DNA of 64,000 nt from IMG/VR virus record IMGVR_UViG_3300046777_001322, positions 6,005-70,004 of that record. The stretch is one strand, 5' to 3'. The DNA is from a virus. Every line of letters begins with the position of its first letter. Position 1 is the stretch's first letter. Below are positions 37,201 to 45,422 of this stretch, in pieces. The translations under genes and the position numbers were made by a program. The notes beneath the pieces are model-generated. The model was not told where the DNA came from. It was given only the letters and a program-made list of their open reading frames with translations, and ran no database searches.

Positions 37201-38543
37201 GTACAAATTACTACACTGTGCCAGGACTAACTCCAGATAGAGATATAACTATTTCTGGAGGTGGTGGAGGTCTTGCCATAATGGTAAATCCAGAAACAAA
37301 TAATGGATATTATTTAGAGTTAAGTGCACTTGGAAGTTCTAACATATCTACTCTTGAAAAGCAGAATGTACACAATGTTATATTTTATAAAATTAAAAAA
37401 GACTCTGCCTCTTCTGATGCTATACCAGTAAAAATCTGGGAGGGCTTAGGAAATATTATTGTAGATGATGGTAAGTTTACTGGTCAATATAGAATGGCGT
37501 CTGAGCAAAATGTAACAGTTTATGATATTGGAATTGAGTATGAGGCTTTAGGAAATGCAAGAGTTTTTCATTTATATATGAACGGATCACTGTTGACAAC
37601 AGTTGTAGACCAAGACCCACTTCCAATATACAATAATATGGCACTTTTTGTACGTGGCTCGTCAAGAGTAATGTTTGAAAATATATATGCACTGTCAAAT
37701 AACTATAGCCAAAATGCTGTGTTTGCTTTGGATACACCAGTTAACAATATTTTTGATGATGAGATTAACGCTACAGAATCATTCAGAAAGTATGCGATGA
37801 GCGGTATTATTCAGGGAACGTATTTGTCTGGAATCAGTAGTTCAGAGCCTAATAAGTACAGCATTTATTTTGAAGAGTTTGGAACTATAATGCGTGAGGC
37901 TGCCACATTTAATATTAGATATGATAAAGCCTATCCAGCACTTTATGCAAAGATGTCTCCAACGTTTAATAAGATAAAGGGATACACAGTTTCTGGATTT
38001 AGAGCAGGCTCTTACGGTGCTGAATTTATGATATTTAATGCTACAGACACTGCGCTAAGTTTAGATGAAACCACTGGAAACTATTTAAGAATTCAAGGAG
38101 TTACATTTACCCAAGAATCTAATGGAGAATTAACAGTAGACGAATATTATTCTAAAAATAGTTCTTTGTCTGATCCCACTATAGAAGGGTCCAATGTTGT
38201 TGTGTCTCCTTTTAAAATAAATAAAGAGTATGAAGATATTAAGTTAAGTAGAATGACTTATGGCAAAAAAGATTTTTCTATTCAAACTGCATATATTCAA
38301 ACGCAAGATCAAGCAAACAGTTTAATGAAGTGGCTATTGTCAAAAATAGTAAAACCAAGAAAATCTATTGGTGTTAAGGTTTTTTCTAACTCTACAATTC
38401 AGTTAGGCGATATTGTTTCTGTGAAATACACAAAAGATAATATTCAAAAAATTGCAAATGATAGATACGTTGTATATTATATTGAATATAGTAAAGGAAC
38501 AGAAGGACCAGATATGACAGTATACTTAAGTGAGGTAAGGTAA
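34284..38543 (+). CDS. Large tail tip/hub protein
   Basis: TAATG coupling at 34284. MFFDEYNNFVM and IQLGDIVSV motifs typical of Tal/hub proteins. Confidence 0.65.
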   Translation: MFYNEDLKKHLETSSVVKTKSAVIAEWNLNSPTNILKVGNYRYRPTRSDSVYKIIPSNFDPSETKDTAIPFYYGATDADIVIDGGIDPEDNETPITLKSTKEKIKMLYSLEDCFKQFRPRSGINKAVYLPGNYLHHPNINMANRPRYYMPDVKDSFKYWTSFRTENGIEYGISLSKNGEFAIEDTAPFIVYKDTVSANRVVIKMQTHVGSVDLGTFTSASSSISDPFYGDSKKATPVRWKIQALKNNSWVDLLSFNQSSVRKDGTPIIKNDGYVELAYGLKVPQPYRDIFVYAEKYSSVTLLPEKSVNGYAYLVCTNENDIGEFHIWIDEINDYRVFTPQYGWYLEESEVDRLTNFVTDMTNPTKYINAGGAEIYREFDNLRGLRVVVDTMNKSNCTFDLIEMSPRLTADITDKTLDFSVKKSASDLGVSGMPVGQLLASTGSLSIFDYDDAFNENNTQSIIKNYINRHIQIKFYDIVFNVDGWDYYIPVKTLYSDGFPKNNKSDQTVELELRDLFFYFENLTAPQILMTNVSLSSAVAFLLDSVGFANYTFKRVANETELIIPYFYVEPDVSVAEVLEQLAISSQSAMFFDEYNNFVMMSKDYIMPTADQRPIDIYLSGDEPDSNLNILPNIIEIASEENQVFNDGKINYSEKYIQRSVGTIKQASLIDMDRNWIYKPVLLWEVAGTENTKSVNNETGMQSSYLLSAIPLNSNLSNQIPTVVNRELTNNVIDFGEGIYWIARYNGYFYSNGEIIKYDAAQFNVANFGNVWISSAQEYEYYFSQLPFNGKMYPTGLVRIYTEPNYEEINGVLKLKNGAVAKHGRGQFGTSIVEHYAGLNSYWRDDANVRGCSMQSKYLFEDNTQAPNTVEGAAGINNELAKKATRNGIIRNFMSATFNAESDVNTFTTPKSGTIQSSAFVMQGPSIPVTGKPRDFISYVYKPLNSKFKHFGTRMRIVGKIENNASRGQTANGSTNYYTVPGLTPDRDITISGGGGGLAIMVNPETNNGYYLELSALGSSNISTLEKQNVHNVIFYKIKKDSASSDAIPVKIWEGLGNIIVDDGKFTGQYRMASEQNVTVYDIGIEYEALGNARVFHLYMNGSLLTTVVDQDPLPIYNNMALFVRGSSRVMFENIYALSNNYSQNAVFALDTPVNNIFDDEINATESFRKYAMSGIIQGTYLSGISSSEPNKYSIYFEEFGTIMREAATFNIRYDKAYPALYAKMSPTFNKIKGYTVSGFRAGSYGAEFMIFNATDTALSLDETTGNYLRIQGVTFTQESNGELTVDEYYSKNSSLSDPTIEGSNVVVSPFKINKEYEDIKLSRMTYGKKDFSIQTAYIQTQDQANSLMKWLLSKIVKPRKSIGVKVFSNSTIQLGDIVSVKYTKDNIQKIANDRYVVYYIEYSKGTEGPDMTVYLSEVR

Positions 38544-39073
38544 TGGCAACTAATTCAACTCCACAAATTCCACAGTCAAGCCCAAGCATTGCTAGACCAC
38601 AGGCGGTTAAGCCAGCAACACCAGATTTAATAATTACTCCCCCTGATACTGTTCCTATTGAGATAATGACTGATCTAATATTTGAAGATATAGGTGGTCA
38701 TGAAATTATTACTATATCTAGAAGTGATTTAATTAATGGAGAAAACGTAGTTTATAGTCCTATTAAAAATCTAAGTTCTATATTTTTCCAATACAACCCT
38801 CAAAATATTCTTGCCTTACAAAAAACGGCAGATTCATATTTTAAAAATTTCCCAATTAAACTTAGCGATAGAATCCCAGAATGTGGTACTGGATATACGC
38901 TTGACACCGTTGATCCTACAAAGCAGATAGAAAACTGTAAAATAGTATATACAGATCCAATAACTGGAGATATTATAATCAACGTTATTAATATGGGTAA
39001 AGAAGAGCAGGTAGAGGTTCAAATCCTTCAGCAGGGGATTGTTCTTAGTGATACAATATACGAGGTGGAATAA
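38543..39073 (+). CDS. Probable minor tail protein
   Basis: Translationally coupled within the tail module. Confidence 0.5.
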   Translation: MATNSTPQIPQSSPSIARPQAVKPATPDLIITPPDTVPIEIMTDLIFEDIGGHEIITISRSDLINGENVVYSPIKNLSSIFFQYNPQNILALQKTADSYFKNFPIKLSDRIPECGTGYTLDTVDPTKQIENCKIVYTDPITGDIIINVINMGKEEQVEVQILQQGIVLSDTIYEVE

Positions 39074-39075
39074 CT

Positions 39076-40233
39076 ATGATAACTAATAATGGTAAAAATA
39101 TAATTGCTAAATACCTTGTGGGTCAGTCCCCAGCGTATGCTTCCTATATTGCCGTGGGCTGTGGAGCAAAGCCATTAGATCCAGATCCAGAAGTTCCATT
39201 TGGAGATTATTCTAACCAAACCTCATTGGACTTTGAAATGTTTCGTGTTCCAATTACATCTAGAGGATATATAAAAGATGATGACGGAACTGCCAAAGTT
39301 GTCCTTACCGCAGAACTTCCAACAGAAGAAAGATATGAGATTTCTGAAATTGGAGTTTATTCTGCTGGTGCAAACCCAACTGCTGGTGCTTATGATAGCA
39401 AAACATTATTTTCATTTTCTGAGTCAGAAGGTTGGGAATATAACAATCAAATTGCATTAATACCAAAGTATGAACCACTAGATTCCACTGGGTCTAGCGG
39501 AGAAATACATATTAAAGACAATGGGTCAGACCTAATGGCATTTACTACAAATGCAAATAATAGAATTTTTACAAACCCCGAAAGAGTTGAGCGGTATGAA
39601 AGATGTAGGTTTTTAAATAATATTGTAATTACAAATGGGTCAATGTCAAATCTATCAACAGAAATGATAGATGGGGTAAAAAGACTTAAGGCAAACACTG
39701 GAAGTAATTATGTAGGTTTAACTGGAACATCATTAAACTTAAGTAAAAATGCTCCTACTGATGAAATAAGGCTTGCCTTTTCAGTTGTAAATAAAAATGC
39801 AAATAATGTTTCACCAATTAATCCAGACAAGGTCTATATATTGATTGAGTTTTCAGACACAGATGTTTATGGAGAAGGTCAGTGGGCAAGGTTTGAGGCA
39901 ATCATAGAAGACTACGATTTTTCAAATAACAGATATATTGTTAGCACTAAACAATTACAAGAACTAAGAAAAAGCAGCACGGGATTTAACTGGGATTCTG
40001 TAAACACAATAAAGGTTTACACCTCAGTGTTTATTGAGAACGATGTCCTTTCTGATGACTTTTATATTTGTTTAGATGCTGTTAGACTAGAAAATGTTAC
40101 ATCGATAAATCCTTTATATGGTTTGGTTGGGTATTCTGTAATTAAAAACATAGATGCTGCAACTGTAATTAAAGAATCAAATACAACAAGTTATATTGAA
40201 TTTAGATTTGGGATGAATATTAATAATGGCTGA
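39076..40233 (+). CDS. Probable minor tail/baseplate protein
   Basis: MITNNGK..YIAVGCG..ISEIGVYS pattern typical of fibre-attachment N-termini. Confidence 0.6.
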   Translation: MITNNGKNIIAKYLVGQSPAYASYIAVGCGAKPLDPDPEVPFGDYSNQTSLDFEMFRVPITSRGYIKDDDGTAKVVLTAELPTEERYEISEIGVYSAGANPTAGAYDSKTLFSFSESEGWEYNNQIALIPKYEPLDSTGSSGEIHIKDNGSDLMAFTTNANNRIFTNPERVERYERCRFLNNIVITNGSMSNLSTEMIDGVKRLKANTGSNYVGLTGTSLNLSKNAPTDEIRLAFSVVNKNANNVSPINPDKVYILIEFSDTDVYGEGQWARFEAIIEDYDFSNNRYIVSTKQLQELRKSSTGFNWDSVNTIKVYTSVFIENDVLSDDFYICLDAVRLENVTSINPLYGLVGYSVIKNIDAATVIKESNTTSYIEFRFGMNINNG

Positions 40234-40648
40234 TCAAGGTGTAAAGAAAATAATTATTCCCAGATCATCTCTGCCACCAGCAGGAAAGGATGGGGAATAC
40301 CTCATTCGCTATAGAATAGCGTCACAAGATAAGAATAGATACTCACACTGGTCTTTAATTCATAAAGTTATTGGCAAAAGCCTACAACCAGTAAGTGGCA
40401 GAATTGAAAGGGTTAACTCTATTATTGTAGTTGCTTGGGATTCTGTACCAAATATATCGTCTTATGATATATTTACAAAATATAATAATGAAACAGAATA
40501 CACATACCATGGAACCGCTACCTCAAATAACTATTCTATTATTAGTCAGGGTGGAACTAGCGTAGATATAGCGGTACAAATAGGCGGTATATTCAAAGAA
40601 AGAAGAGATAGCAATACTATCTACACTGGAACTTTAAGTTTGGTATAA
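40226..40648 (+). CDS. Probable minor tail protein (Ig/FN3-like)
   Basis: YLIRYRI..SHWS..VAWDSVP..YDIF. Confidence 0.5.
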   Translation: MADQGVKKIIIPRSSLPPAGKDGEYLIRYRIASQDKNRYSHWSLIHKVIGKSLQPVSGRIERVNSIIVVAWDSVPNISSYDIFTKYNNETEYTYHGTATSNNYSIISQGGTSVDIAVQIGGIFKERRDSNTIYTGTLSLV

Positions 40649-40664
40649 TTATATAGGAGGAATT

Positions 40665-41108
40665 ATGGCACAAATATCACCACCAGAACGAGGACAGCCT
40701 TTAGACGTAAACTATATTTATAGTATAGTTAACGCAGTAAATGAGTTGTCTAAGCAAATATCACCATCATCTTCAAAGTATGTAACGATTGATATCCCAG
40801 GAGATGGGCCAAGATCTGTTAAGGCTTCTGAGGCAAGAATTATTGGAACAGAAAAAGTGGTTGTAACTAACTCATCAAAGAATATTGGCGATGAGGAAAC
40901 TTTTGAATATGTGTTTCCAGCAGAGTTTAAGTTTAAGCCAGTAGCAACTGCTACTCCAGTCAACATAGGTCAGACCAATGCTGGAGAAAATGTAACTGTG
41001 GTTTTAAAAAGTGTAGGAACTTCACGTGTGGAGGGCCTAGTTCGATTTAATGAAACTGGAAACTTATCTGTATCCGTAAACATATTGGTCGTTGGCATAC
41101 CTCTTTAA
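40665..41108 (+). CDS. Probable minor tail protein
   Basis: TGGTATAAT at 40641 and SD aggagg. Beta-rich C-terminus (F...PVATAT..VNILVVG) resembling H-type-lectin/gp53-like domains. Confidence 0.5.
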   Translation: MAQISPPERGQPLDVNYIYSIVNAVNELSKQISPSSSKYVTIDIPGDGPRSVKASEARIIGTEKVVVTNSSKNIGDEETFEYVFPAEFKFKPVATATPVNIGQTNAGENVTVVLKSVGTSRVEGLVRFNETGNLSVSVNILVVGIPL

Positions 41109-41299
41109 TGATAAGTTGTAAGAAATGTTTTCGCAAAATGTTAATAGACAGGGTATACAACTCAGTCTCACATTTAGAGATATACTGTTTGATTTGTGGA
41201 TCAAGAAGATTTTTCCATCCACCATCTGATTCGGAGGAAGGTAGATGGCTACTAAAAAAGGAAATAGAACGAGCGAAGAGTACAATGGCGCTCCTGTAA
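41108..41299 (+). CDS. Small zinc-ribbon protein
   Basis: CKKC..CLICG. Confidence 0.6.
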   Translation: MISCKKCFRKMLIDRVYNSVSHLEIYCLICGSRRFFHPPSDSEEGRWLLKKEIERAKSTMALL

Positions 41300-41787
41300 T
41301 ACCTGGAAATAAAAAAGTTTGGTTTTTAAATAAAGATCTTGTTAGGATTGTGCATTATAACAGATCAAACGGCATTATGTCAATATACAATATTAACAAA
41401 GATAGATTAGAAAGTTGCTTGATTAATGATTTTAAAACTAAAAGAGAACGTGCCTACACTGTAGGAGAAACTGCTGATCTTGTTAATAGGCATAAAAAGT
41501 ATATGCCTTCATTAATGAAGCGTGGAATTATTCCATTTCCAACAGGATCACAAAAAGGTGGTGAGCGTGGATGGCAAGTAAGATCTTATTATTCAGAATC
41601 GCAAGTAAGAGAGATTCGTGATATACTGGCTACATACCATATTGGTAGACCAAGAAAAGATAACTTAATAACAAACGATATCACGCCAACAAAGGCTGAG
41701 TTGACTCGCAGGATGGGTGATGGTATACTTACATATACGAAGACTGAAGACGGTAGATTTATACCAATTTGGTCTGAATCAATATAA
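41245..41787 (+). CDS. MerR-like helix-turn-helix DNA-binding protein
   Basis: YTVGETADLVNRH..MKRGIIP..RSYYSESQV. Confidence 0.6.
   Translation: MATKKGNRTSEEYNGAPVIPGNKKVWFLNKDLVRIVHYNRSNGIMSIYNINKDRLESCLINDFKTKRERAYTVGETADLVNRHKKYMPSLMKRGIIPFPTGSQKGGERGWQVRSYYSESQVREIRDILATYHIGRPRKDNLITNDITPTKAELTRRMGDGILTYTKTEDGRFIPIWSESI
41701..41729 (+). promoter_or_regulatory. SigA-type promoter for the replication genes
   Basis: TTGACT-N17-TATACT with a TG extension. Confidence 0.55.
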
Positions 41788-41801
41788 CAGAAGGGTATGA
41801 A

Positions 41802-42014
41802 ATGGAAAACGAAGATACAAAGGTATCAGTAACAATTGGATATACGCTAAACCTTGGAAACTTTCAATCACTAAGACTTGATCTTGGTGTTGTTGATTCA
41901 AGACGTAACGGAGAAACTCCAGACCAGGCTTTTGAGCGTGTGTACAAATTTGTTGAGGATAAACTGGCAGAAAAGATAGCAGAAGCAAAGGTTGAACTAG
42001 AAGAAAGCAACTAG
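41802..42014 (+). CDS. Hypothetical protein
   Basis: ORF with SD; GYTLNLGNFQSLRLD motif. Confidence 0.7.
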   Translation: MENEDTKVSVTIGYTLNLGNFQSLRLDLGVVDSRRNGETPDQAFERVYKFVEDKLAEKIAEAKVELEESN

Positions 42015-42015
42015 T

Positions 42016-42324
42016 ATGACCGACAAGCAAAGTAAGTGGGCATTGCTTAGTCGTTTTGACAAGCACTATAAGTTTAAGATGGGGCATGCTCCAACACATA
42101 ATAAGTGGAAAGAGCAAAAGTCAGCAGAAATTCTTGTTGAGTCCTATACACTAGAAACTTGCTATGCTTTGCTAGAATACTATTTTGAAGTTACAGACAA
42201 TCCTACTTGGAATCATTTCTCGTATATTGCAGATGATATACTAAAAGCAAAGACTATAGAAGAAAAAGACTTACATGATCGTGAACAACGTAAACAATTA
42301 GCAAAGGAGTGGTTGAGTGAATAA
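42016..42324 (+). CDS. Hypothetical protein upstream of the helicase
   Basis: Coupled ORF; function not recognisable. Confidence 0.65.
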   Translation: MTDKQSKWALLSRFDKHYKFKMGHAPTHNKWKEQKSAEILVESYTLETCYALLEYYFEVTDNPTWNHFSYIADDILKAKTIEEKDLHDREQRKQLAKEWLSE

Positions 42325-43543
42325 TACAGAGTCTAAACTAATCTCAGCCGTTCTTCAAGACAAGCAGGCGCATGTTTTGTTGCAGGCAAATGTAGAAAAT
42401 ATACTAACTACACATTTAGATGTATGGCAGTTTATTAGAAAATATTATGAGGGAAATGGCACAGTTCCTCCATCAGACTTGGTTGTTGAAAAGTTTAGGG
42501 ACTTTGATCCAGTTGTTGGTGTTGGTTCTACAAAGCATCATCTTGAAGAATTACAGGCAGAGTATCTTACAAATAGTTTAAAAGATATTATTAGGTCTGC
42601 TGCCACAGATGTTCAAGGCGGACAAGGTGTTGAGGCACTTGAAACCCTCATTACAAAAACAGCAGAACTTAGAAAAAATACTGCAGCCATTCGTGATATT
42701 GATGTAACTGATTTAGATTCAGCAGTTGCATATTTTGAAAATCTAAAGAAGCAGCAGGAGTCTGGTGCTATTGGAATTAAAACAGGTTTGCCAGGTTTTG
42801 ATAACTACTTACCTTCTGGAATCATGCCAGGGCAGTTAGGAGTCTTCCTTGCGTACCCAGGTATTGGAAAGTCTTGGCTGTCTCTCTACTTTGCTGTGCA
42901 GGCTTGGAAGCAGGGTCGTAGCCCAATGATTATAAGTCTTGAAATGTCTGAGGTTGAAGTACGCAACCGTGTATTTGCCATTATGGGTGAAGGTTTATGG
43001 TCACACCGTAAGTTAAGTTCTGGACAAATAGAAATGGATATGCTTAAGTCTTGGCATACTAAGAGCGTTCAAGGAAGGCCAGAGTTTCACATTATTTCAA
43101 ACGATACTGGTGGAGATATAACACCACTAGTTCTACGTGGAAAGATTGATCAGTATAAGCCAGACTTTGTTATTGTTGACTATCTACAACTTATGTCTCC
43201 AAATCAAAAGTCTGACAATGAAACTGTTCGCATGAAGAACTTGTCCCGTGAATTAAAGTTAATGGCAATTTCTGAAGAAGTGCCTATTATTGCGATTTCT
43301 TCCGCAACCCCAGATGATGTTACCAAACTTGAAACCGTGCCAACACTTGGTCAAACAGCATGGTCAAGACAGATTGCATACGATGCTGACTGGGTTTTAG
43401 CATTAGGTCGTGGCACCAATAGCGATATTATTGAGTGTGTATTCCGCAAGAATCGTAACGGTTTTATGGGAGAGTTCTTAGTACAGGCTGATTTTGACAA
43501 GGGATACTACAGGTATAAGGATTATGAAGATAAGTCAGTATAA
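42317..43543 (+). CDS. dnaB: Replicative DnaB-like helicase
   Basis: Walker A AYPGIGKS, SLEMS, IVDYLQLM, IAYDAD, KNRNG. Confidence 0.92.
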   Translation: MNNTESKLISAVLQDKQAHVLLQANVENILTTHLDVWQFIRKYYEGNGTVPPSDLVVEKFRDFDPVVGVGSTKHHLEELQAEYLTNSLKDIIRSAATDVQGGQGVEALETLITKTAELRKNTAAIRDIDVTDLDSAVAYFENLKKQQESGAIGIKTGLPGFDNYLPSGIMPGQLGVFLAYPGIGKSWLSLYFAVQAWKQGRSPMIISLEMSEVEVRNRVFAIMGEGLWSHRKLSSGQIEMDMLKSWHTKSVQGRPEFHIISNDTGGDITPLVLRGKIDQYKPDFVIVDYLQLMSPNQKSDNETVRMKNLSRELKLMAISEEVPIIAISSATPDDVTKLETVPTLGQTAWSRQIAYDADWVLALGRGTNSDIIECVFRKNRNGFMGEFLVQADFDKGYYRYKDYEDKSV

Positions 43544-43551
43544 TATGCTCC

Positions 43552-43878
43552 ATGGAGACATTTCAGCACAAGCCCATAAAAAGGTTTGCTTTGGACGGGG
43601 TCATTAATGATGACGCTGCCATATACAGATTACAGCAGGAGTATATCAGGCTACTGGTATCAGAGATGCGACTATCGGGCTATGCTCCAAGAATTGACAT
43701 CGATCCACAATTTACATTATCATATAATGAAAACAAAAATTATTTTGAATTCCAATTAAGCGTATACGGAATATATATAGGGAGAAAGAAATCAGAATGG
43801 ATACTAGGGATAGACGGAACCAAGCCAGTATATACACAGCCAATCAAATCAAAAGAGTACTCGCAGGATCTGGCGTAA
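43552..43878 (+). CDS. Hypothetical protein
   Basis: TATAAT at 43539-43544, then ATG 43552. Confidence 0.65.
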   Translation: METFQHKPIKRFALDGVINDDAAIYRLQQEYIRLLVSEMRLSGYAPRIDIDPQFTLSYNENKNYFEFQLSVYGIYIGRKKSEWILGIDGTKPVYTQPIKSKEYSQDLA

Positions 43879-44741
43879 CTGTAGAAAAAGAAGCAGAGTC
43901 TGAATACATAGTATTTTGCCCATTCCATTCAAACCATAGAACCCCTGCTGGAGAAATAAATAAATATACTGGATTATTCTTTTGTTTTTCATGCAGCAAA
44001 ACAGCAGACTTAATAGAACTAGTAATGCATTTTTCTAATAGAACATATTTTGAGTCTGTTAGATTTATTAAGAGTAAAGAGGTTGAAACAAACATCCTGT
44101 CTGAGGTTAACAATAAGTTAATTGAAAAAGAAGAATGGACAGAGTTTGATATGTCTGTTGTAAATAGGCTTCATGAGCAAGCGCTTAATTCAGAAAGAGC
44201 AAAAGAGTATTTTGCTAAAAGAAAAATTACTAAAGAGTCTGTTACAAAATTTAAACTTGGTTATTCTGAAAACCAAGATATGGTTTCTATTCCAATACAA
44301 AATAGTGATGGTCTATGTGTAGGGTTTGTTGGAAGATCTGTTGAGGGTAAAGACTTTAAGAATACACCAAAACTTCCAAAGTCTAAATTATTATTTAATT
44401 TAAATAGAGTAAAGACTGCATCTAAGGTTTATGTAGTGGAGTCATCCTTTGATGCCATTAGGTTAGACCAGGTTGGATTTCCAGCCGTTGCTACATTAGG
44501 TGCTAACGTATCATCGAAACAAATAGATTTGCTTCAAAAATACTTTAGTGATATAATTATTATTGCTGATAATGATGAGGCAGGCGGTAACATGAAAGAA
44601 AAGATAGTCGAAAGACTAAATGGAAATGTTACTGTGATTAACCTAGATAAACAATATAAAGATATAGGCGACATGGACGACAAGTCAATAAAAGAATTGG
44701 AATACCAATTTGACAAATCAATATTGTCTATGCTACAATAG
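43797..44741 (+). CDS. dnaG: DNA primase (zinc finger plus TOPRIM)
   Basis: CPFH..CFSC, VVESSFDA, DNDEAG, KDIGD. Confidence 0.9.
   Translation: MDTRDRRNQASIYTANQIKRVLAGSGVTVEKEAESEYIVFCPFHSNHRTPAGEINKYTGLFFCFSCSKTADLIELVMHFSNRTYFESVRFIKSKEVETNILSEVNNKLIEKEEWTEFDMSVVNRLHEQALNSERAKEYFAKRKITKESVTKFKLGYSENQDMVSIPIQNSDGLCVGFVGRSVEGKDFKNTPKLPKSKLLFNLNRVKTASKVYVVESSFDAIRLDQVGFPAVATLGANVSSKQIDLLQKYFSDIIIIADNDEAGGNMKEKIVERLNGNVTVINLDKQYKDIGDMDDKSIKELEYQFDKSILSMLQ
44710..44739 (+). promoter_or_regulatory. SigA-type promoter for SSB and polymerase
   Basis: TTGACA-N18-TACAAT with a TG extension. Confidence 0.55.
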
Positions 44742-44759
44742 AAAAAACAAGGAGAAATA

Positions 44760-45419
44760 ATGAATAAAATAGTAGGACTAAAAAACATCAATGCTTTACT
44801 AGATAAGAAGACAGACGAAAACGGTCCAAAGGTTCGCTGGCTAAAGTTAGCCGATGGTCAGGCAGTAAAGATTAGATTTATTGAAGAGTTGGATGAAGAC
44901 TCTGCAAACTATAACGAAAAGCGTGGACTTGCATTCGTTGTTAAGGAACACACAAATCCAAAGGATTACAAGCGCAAGGCTGTCGATACAATGGATACAG
45001 AAGGACGTGACTGGGCTGAAGAGATGTACCGCAAGGATCCAAAGGGAAATAGTGGATGGCGTGGACGTCTTCGTTTTTACTGCAACGTTCTTGTCGACGA
45101 CGGTATCGAAGCACCGTATGTTGCAATCTGGTCAATGGGTATCAGCAAGCAATCATCATTTAATACAATCCGTGAGTATGCGCTTGAAACAGGAAGCATC
45201 TCAAACGTTGTTTGGAAGTTAAAGCGTAATGGTCAGGGAACTGAAACATCTTACACTTTGATTCCTTCTGCTCCAGATAAGGAGCCTTTTAATTGGGAAG
45301 GTGTTGAGCCATATGCTCTAGAGAAGGCATTGCGTCGAGTTCCATATGCGGAGCAAGAAGCATTCTACCTAGGCTTTGATTCACCTTCATCTACATCAGC
45401 GACGAATATCGACTGGTAG
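44760..45419 (+). CDS. Probable single-stranded DNA-binding protein (gp32-like)
   Basis: LKLADGQAVKIRF, KLKRNGQGTETSYTL and an acidic/aromatic C-terminus. Between primase and polymerase. Confidence 0.65.
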   Translation: MNKIVGLKNINALLDKKTDENGPKVRWLKLADGQAVKIRFIEELDEDSANYNEKRGLAFVVKEHTNPKDYKRKAVDTMDTEGRDWAEEMYRKDPKGNSGWRGRLRFYCNVLVDDGIEAPYVAIWSMGISKQSSFNTIREYALETGSISNVVWKLKRNGQGTETSYTLIPSAPDKEPFNWEGVEPYALEKALRRVPYAEQEAFYLGFDSPSSTSATNIDW

Positions 45420-45422
45420 TAG